Of a stretch of 64,000 nt of DNA, positions 60,411 through 64,000 are shown piece after piece (positions within the stretch are counted from its first letter, which is position 1; each line of letters opens with the position of its first letter). The stretch covers positions 1,024,001 through 1,088,000 of the forward strand of contig CAXXYE010000009.1 of NCBI GenBank assembly GCA_963674865.2. The letters are read 5' to 3'. Under the pieces are notes generated by a model that did no database searches, was not told the DNA's origin, and worked only from the letters and a program-made list of their open reading frames with translations. Both the position numbers and the translations under genes were made by a program. The DNA comes from Candidatus Hydrogenedentota bacterium. GTDB taxonomy: Bacteria > Hydrogenedentota > Hydrogenedentia > Hydrogenedentales > SLHB01.

Positions 60411-60529
60411 GGCGAGGTCGGCCCAAAGCATGCGTGGATGATTGCGCCGCGCGGCCGGTACAGAGCACGTTTTTCTTGACGTGCCGTGGCCGGTTGCCGG
60501 GGCGTTGTAGCGAGAAAGGAGAACGATTC

Positions 60530-62869
60530 GTGAAGGTGAGGACTCGGCAAGCAACTGTGGCGTGCGTGGGGCTGCTCCTCCTGACACTCGTTGCCCCCGG
60601 GGCGAGCGCGTTCTTCCCCATCGGCGGATTCGATGAAGACGACGGAGAGCTGCATTTCATCAGGTGGCCTCTCTCCTACATGGATACAAACGGCGACGGT
60701 GATGTTAGCGGCTCTGACGAAGGCGTCGAACTCACGCTCGAGGGCGGGGAATATGGCTGGACCGAGGATGAGATTGAGATCATCGAAGAAGCCATGGACA
60801 TTTGGGAGAGCGTCCCGAATGCCTACGCCAAGTTCCATCTCTCCCCCGGCGGACCGGTGCCCGATCCTCTAGGCCTCGCCAGCGATACTGAATTCGACAT
60901 GATCAACTTCGTGACAATTCAGCTCGAAGAGGATACCACCCAAGGCACTATCGAGGACGGCGTTGCTGGTTTCGCGGTCCTCAGTTTCTTTTCCGAAGAT
61001 GGGGATTTCGAGATGGACGGCATCACCTTCCCCGTGACGGGGTGGGCCATCGTCGAGTCGGACGTAGTGATCGACGGAACCATCGTTCGCGCGGACCCGG
61101 AAAATCCCGGCGAGCCGCCTGAGGCCGACCTACTCGGCATCCTCGTCCACGAGTTCGGACACGTGCTCGGCCTTGGCCATACGCCGATGAATACACTCGA
61201 ACTCGACCCCGATACGGAGCAACTCGTCGAGGGGACGAGCCTGGCGCTGCGTGATCGCTTCGGGAGTCTCGATCTCATTGGGGCGACTCCCACGATGTTT
61301 CCCATCTATACGCTGATAGAGGATGAGGGCACCCTCGTTTCGGCCATGAGAGACCTCACCCCCGACGATATGGCCGGCCTGACGTACCTTTATCCGCGTG
61401 TGGGCGCACAGGCAACCTATTTCAGCCTGGATAACGAGGCGCGGACTCAGGCCCGCACGGGCTTTCCGTCAACGCCCGTTGGCGGAGCCCACATAGTCGC
61501 CTGGTGCGATGTGGATGGCGATCCCTTGACCCCCCGTGTCCCGCTCTTCAGCACGATGACCGGGCTCTACGAATTCTCGGGAACGGAGCTCCGAAAGGGC
61601 CGTTTCGAGCTTCCCCTCATGCTCAGAGAGATCGAGACCATCGATGAACTTACCATTCCGGCCACCTATACCATGACCGTCAATCCCATCAACGGGCTGG
61701 ACTATGAGCGCCAGGCCCCACCCGGCCTGGCCCCTGACTTCTTCGATTCAACCCACAATAACGACGTCAATACGTTCTTTACCTACAATGAGTTGTTTCC
61801 CTCCGAAGTCTTTCGGGAAGGCGGGAACTTGTATGACTTGGACAACCATGACCTCGGGACGCCCTTGGTCTACGACGAGGATCAGGATCGCGTGATCAGC
61901 GTTGATTCCGGCAAGACCCTCAACCAGATGCTTCCTGGCCAGACGCCGATGTTCGGTGATCGCAGTGGGGCGTGTCCCTTCAATCTGAGTGTCGCGGGAC
62001 TGACCACCAACCGTGGCGTGAGCGGCTTGCGACGGCTCCGTGACGCCGTGTTACTGAATTCCGCCTTGGGGACATCCGTCGCGCAGATATACTACGGCGT
62101 CGCCCCGGCGATATCCGGATTCCTGATGCGCCATAGTCTGGCTCTCGCCGCCGCTCGCCGCACCGCCGCTGCCTTCGAGTGGCTCTGCGTACACTATCGG
62201 CTGTCCGTTGCACTGCTCATCGGTATCGCGCTTTCCATGGTTGGCGTCGCGTTTCGTCGCAGGAAGCTGGCTCTCGCCACGCTTGTGGCGGCCCTTTTCA
62301 TTGGCCTGACAGCCGCCCCGGCCGGCGCCACGCTGCTCTACATGTCCACGGCTGACCTGGTGCAACGCGCCGATGACATCATCACGGGCGAAGTCACCAC
62401 CGTGGATATGCATATGAACACCCAAGGCCGCCGCCGCATTGAAACCGACATCACCATCACGGTGAGCGACACCCTCAAGGGCCGTCTGAATAAGTCCGGC
62501 CAAGTTAACCTGTCCGTGCCGGGCGGCCGCGTCGGCGAAATGGTTACTTACGCAACCGATCTTCCGAAATTCAAAGCGGGCGAAGAGGTTCTGCTCTACC
62601 TGAAGTACAAGCCGGGCTATGGTTATGTGGTCATTGGGGGCGAGCGCGGCAAGTACGAGATACTGAAGGACAGGAAGACCCGCGAGGAATACGTGGTGGC
62701 TAGTTCCCCGGAAGCCTTAGCCGGCCTGGCCGATATCCCGGCCGAGGTTAAAGGCTCCGCGGCAAAGTCCGGCGATGATAAGGAAGATGACGGCCGGATC
62801 CCTCTCGATTCCTTCAAGCAGTACCTGCGCAAGCTGGTGAAGGAGCAGAGCCGCAAGAGCAAGTCCTAG
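60530..62869 (+). CDS. Exported metzincin (matrixin-like) metalloprotease with internal CFI-box-like region, TM segments and extra C-terminal domain
   Basis: AAAGGAG RBS plus GTG, signal ..GASA, AMDIWE, ESDVVID, HEFGHVLGLGH zinc motif, Met-turn PTMFP, LTPDDMAGLTYLYP. Confidence 0.85.
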   Translation: MKVRTRQATVACVGLLLLTLVAPGASAFFPIGGFDEDDGELHFIRWPLSYMDTNGDGDVSGSDEGVELTLEGGEYGWTEDEIEIIEEAMDIWESVPNAYAKFHLSPGGPVPDPLGLASDTEFDMINFVTIQLEEDTTQGTIEDGVAGFAVLSFFSEDGDFEMDGITFPVTGWAIVESDVVIDGTIVRADPENPGEPPEADLLGILVHEFGHVLGLGHTPMNTLELDPDTEQLVEGTSLALRDRFGSLDLIGATPTMFPIYTLIEDEGTLVSAMRDLTPDDMAGLTYLYPRVGAQATYFSLDNEARTQARTGFPSTPVGGAHIVAWCDVDGDPLTPRVPLFSTMTGLYEFSGTELRKGRFELPLMLREIETIDELTIPATYTMTVNPINGLDYERQAPPGLAPDFFDSTHNNDVNTFFTYNELFPSEVFREGGNLYDLDNHDLGTPLVYDEDQDRVISVDSGKTLNQMLPGQTPMFGDRSGACPFNLSVAGLTTNRGVSGLRRLRDAVLLNSALGTSVAQIYYGVAPAISGFLMRHSLALAAARRTAAAFEWLCVHYRLSVALLIGIALSMVGVAFRRRKLALATLVAALFIGLTAAPAGATLLYMSTADLVQRADDIITGEVTTVDMHMNTQGRRRIETDITITVSDTLKGRLNKSGQVNLSVPGGRVGEMVTYATDLPKFKAGEEVLLYLKYKPGYGYVVIGGERGKYEILKDRKTREEYVVASSPEALAGLADIPAEVKGSAAKSGDDKEDDGRIPLDSFKQYLRKLVKEQSRKSKS

Positions 62870-63350
62870 GGGCAGTCTGCGCGCGAGTCTGAGAAATGAA
62901 GACGTGAGGGGGGGGCGCGGTAGCGTGGGCGTCGGGCCTTTTCTTGGTTCAGGATTGCGTATCTCTTTTGTTATGAATGGCTTACTCGTGTTGCCTCTTG
63001 GCCCGCGCATAGAACTTCCTTGTTAGACCCCGCCATGTCGGTGAACGGGCTCCCGGCGCCCAGGCCTAGGCCTCGTGTTCGGCCGTCTGTCAACCTCGAG
63101 AGAGAACGTTTCGTTTTAAGGGGGGGTGGGATCTATACCGCCAGACCGGGGCGCGCGCGCCGACATGGGATCCGGGGAGTTGTCGCCGGGCCTTTGCAGG
63201 TCCCAGGGATAGTTGGATTTAGCTCTGAGCATTGAATTCAGTCCCTCCATAGTGGACACTGGGAGTTGGGTGTTTTGATGGATAACCTGAGGTCTTCAAG
63301 CGCTCGCGAGCCGGGCTCGCGACGTATCGGAGCCGCGCAGTGAGAATCCC

Positions 63351-64000
63351 ATGCTGAAAGGTGTTCTGTTCCGGCAGGTCTTTCTTGTGGTCGACCTGGC
63401 ACTGGCCGTCCTGATCGCCTTCGTAGCCTACCTATTCCTTATGAAAGTCTTCGAGCACGAGCGAATCGAAGGGGGCGGAGAGCAAGAAGCCGTCGCTAGC
63501 GAGAACGCGGCGGGCTTCACCAAGCTCAAGCCTCGGGCCGATTATGACGCCATCGTTGCGAGCAACCTGTTTGGGCCTGCCGCACGAAGTCGCCGGCCGA
63601 GTGAAGAGGTTCAGCCGGCAGCCCAGGTCGAGGTGGCCGAGACCCAACTTCGCCTGCGCCTGCTCGGAACATCCACCACGGACTCATTCCTGACGAGTGC
63701 CGTCATCTTCAATGAGGACATGAAGCGCTCGGAAACCTTCTTCATCGGCGACGACGTTGTAGCCGGCGTCTCACTCGAGGAGGTACACGAGCGCGAGGTC
63801 ATTCTATTCAACGTTGCCTCCAATCGCAGGGAAGTCCTGCGCATGGAAGAAGATGGCGCCACAGCCAAGGCTCCCGGCCGGGCAGGGCGCCCTCGTTTCC
63901 AGCCGCCCGCCCCTAATCGGACGTCCACTCAGATTCGCCTGAGCCGGGCCGAGGTTTTTAAGGATCTCACCGAGAACTACGCCGAGATCGAAAAGACCCT
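63351..64000 (+). CDS. gspC: Type II secretion system protein C (3' truncated by window edge)
   Basis: Not in the ORF track because it runs off the window. Translates MLKGVLFRQVFLVVDLALAVLIAFVAYLFL (TM)...YDAIVASNLFG...VAETQLRLRLLGT...SAVI...FFIGDDV..GVSLEEVHEREVIL....REVLRM, the GspC HR-domain pattern. Confidence 0.78.
   Translation, partial: MLKGVLFRQVFLVVDLALAVLIAFVAYLFLMKVFEHERIEGGGEQEAVASENAAGFTKLKPRADYDAIVASNLFGPAARSRRPSEEVQPAAQVEVAETQLRLRLLGTSTTDSFLTSAVIFNEDMKRSETFFIGDDVVAGVSLEEVHEREVILFNVASNRREVLRMEEDGATAKAPGRAGRPRFQPPAPNRTSTQIRLSRAEVFKDLTENYAEIEKT

Overview
GC-rich bacterial chromosomal window, probably from Candidatus Hydrogenedentota. This is an inference from the (EG)n linker, the CFI-box-CTERM surface proteins and the very acidic exported proteins. 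No rRNA, tRNA, CRISPR array or intact mobile element was recognised. From left to right: (1) the tail of a surface-polysaccharide locus (GT2, methyltransferase, two GT4); (2) an FG-GAP propeller/glycoside-hydrolase-like fusion, PhoD and FkbM; (3) a short AT-rich patch with iteron-like repeats; (4) a three-gene minus-strand operon encoding an Nramp-like transporter fused to ApbE flavin transferase, a Tat-exported Gfo/Idh/MocA oxidoreductase with a candidate FMN-attachment motif, and an octaheme cytochrome c fused to an FdnI-type cytochrome b; (5) a 2415-aa membrane-anchored RHS/YD protein with no recognisable toxin tip or immunity gene; (6) deoC, HD-GYP, esterase, M20 peptidase, an ECF sigma/anti-sigma pair, rpsA and ilvB; (7) a DeoR-controlled MFS/reductase/aminotransferase/dehydrogenase operon; (8) malic enzyme, amidohydrolase and GH78; (9) a phosphodiesterase / P-loop-less APS-kinase-like / GT4 operon; (10) two large CFI-box surface proteins behind a promoter carrying a GAAC-N4-GTTC palindrome, directly upstream of gspC. 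The best candidate for an undescribed system is operon (4), a putative periplasmic sugar -> NAD(P) -> covalent FMN -> multiheme c -> heme b -> quinone chain. All family calls come from motif recognition by eye; no searches were run.
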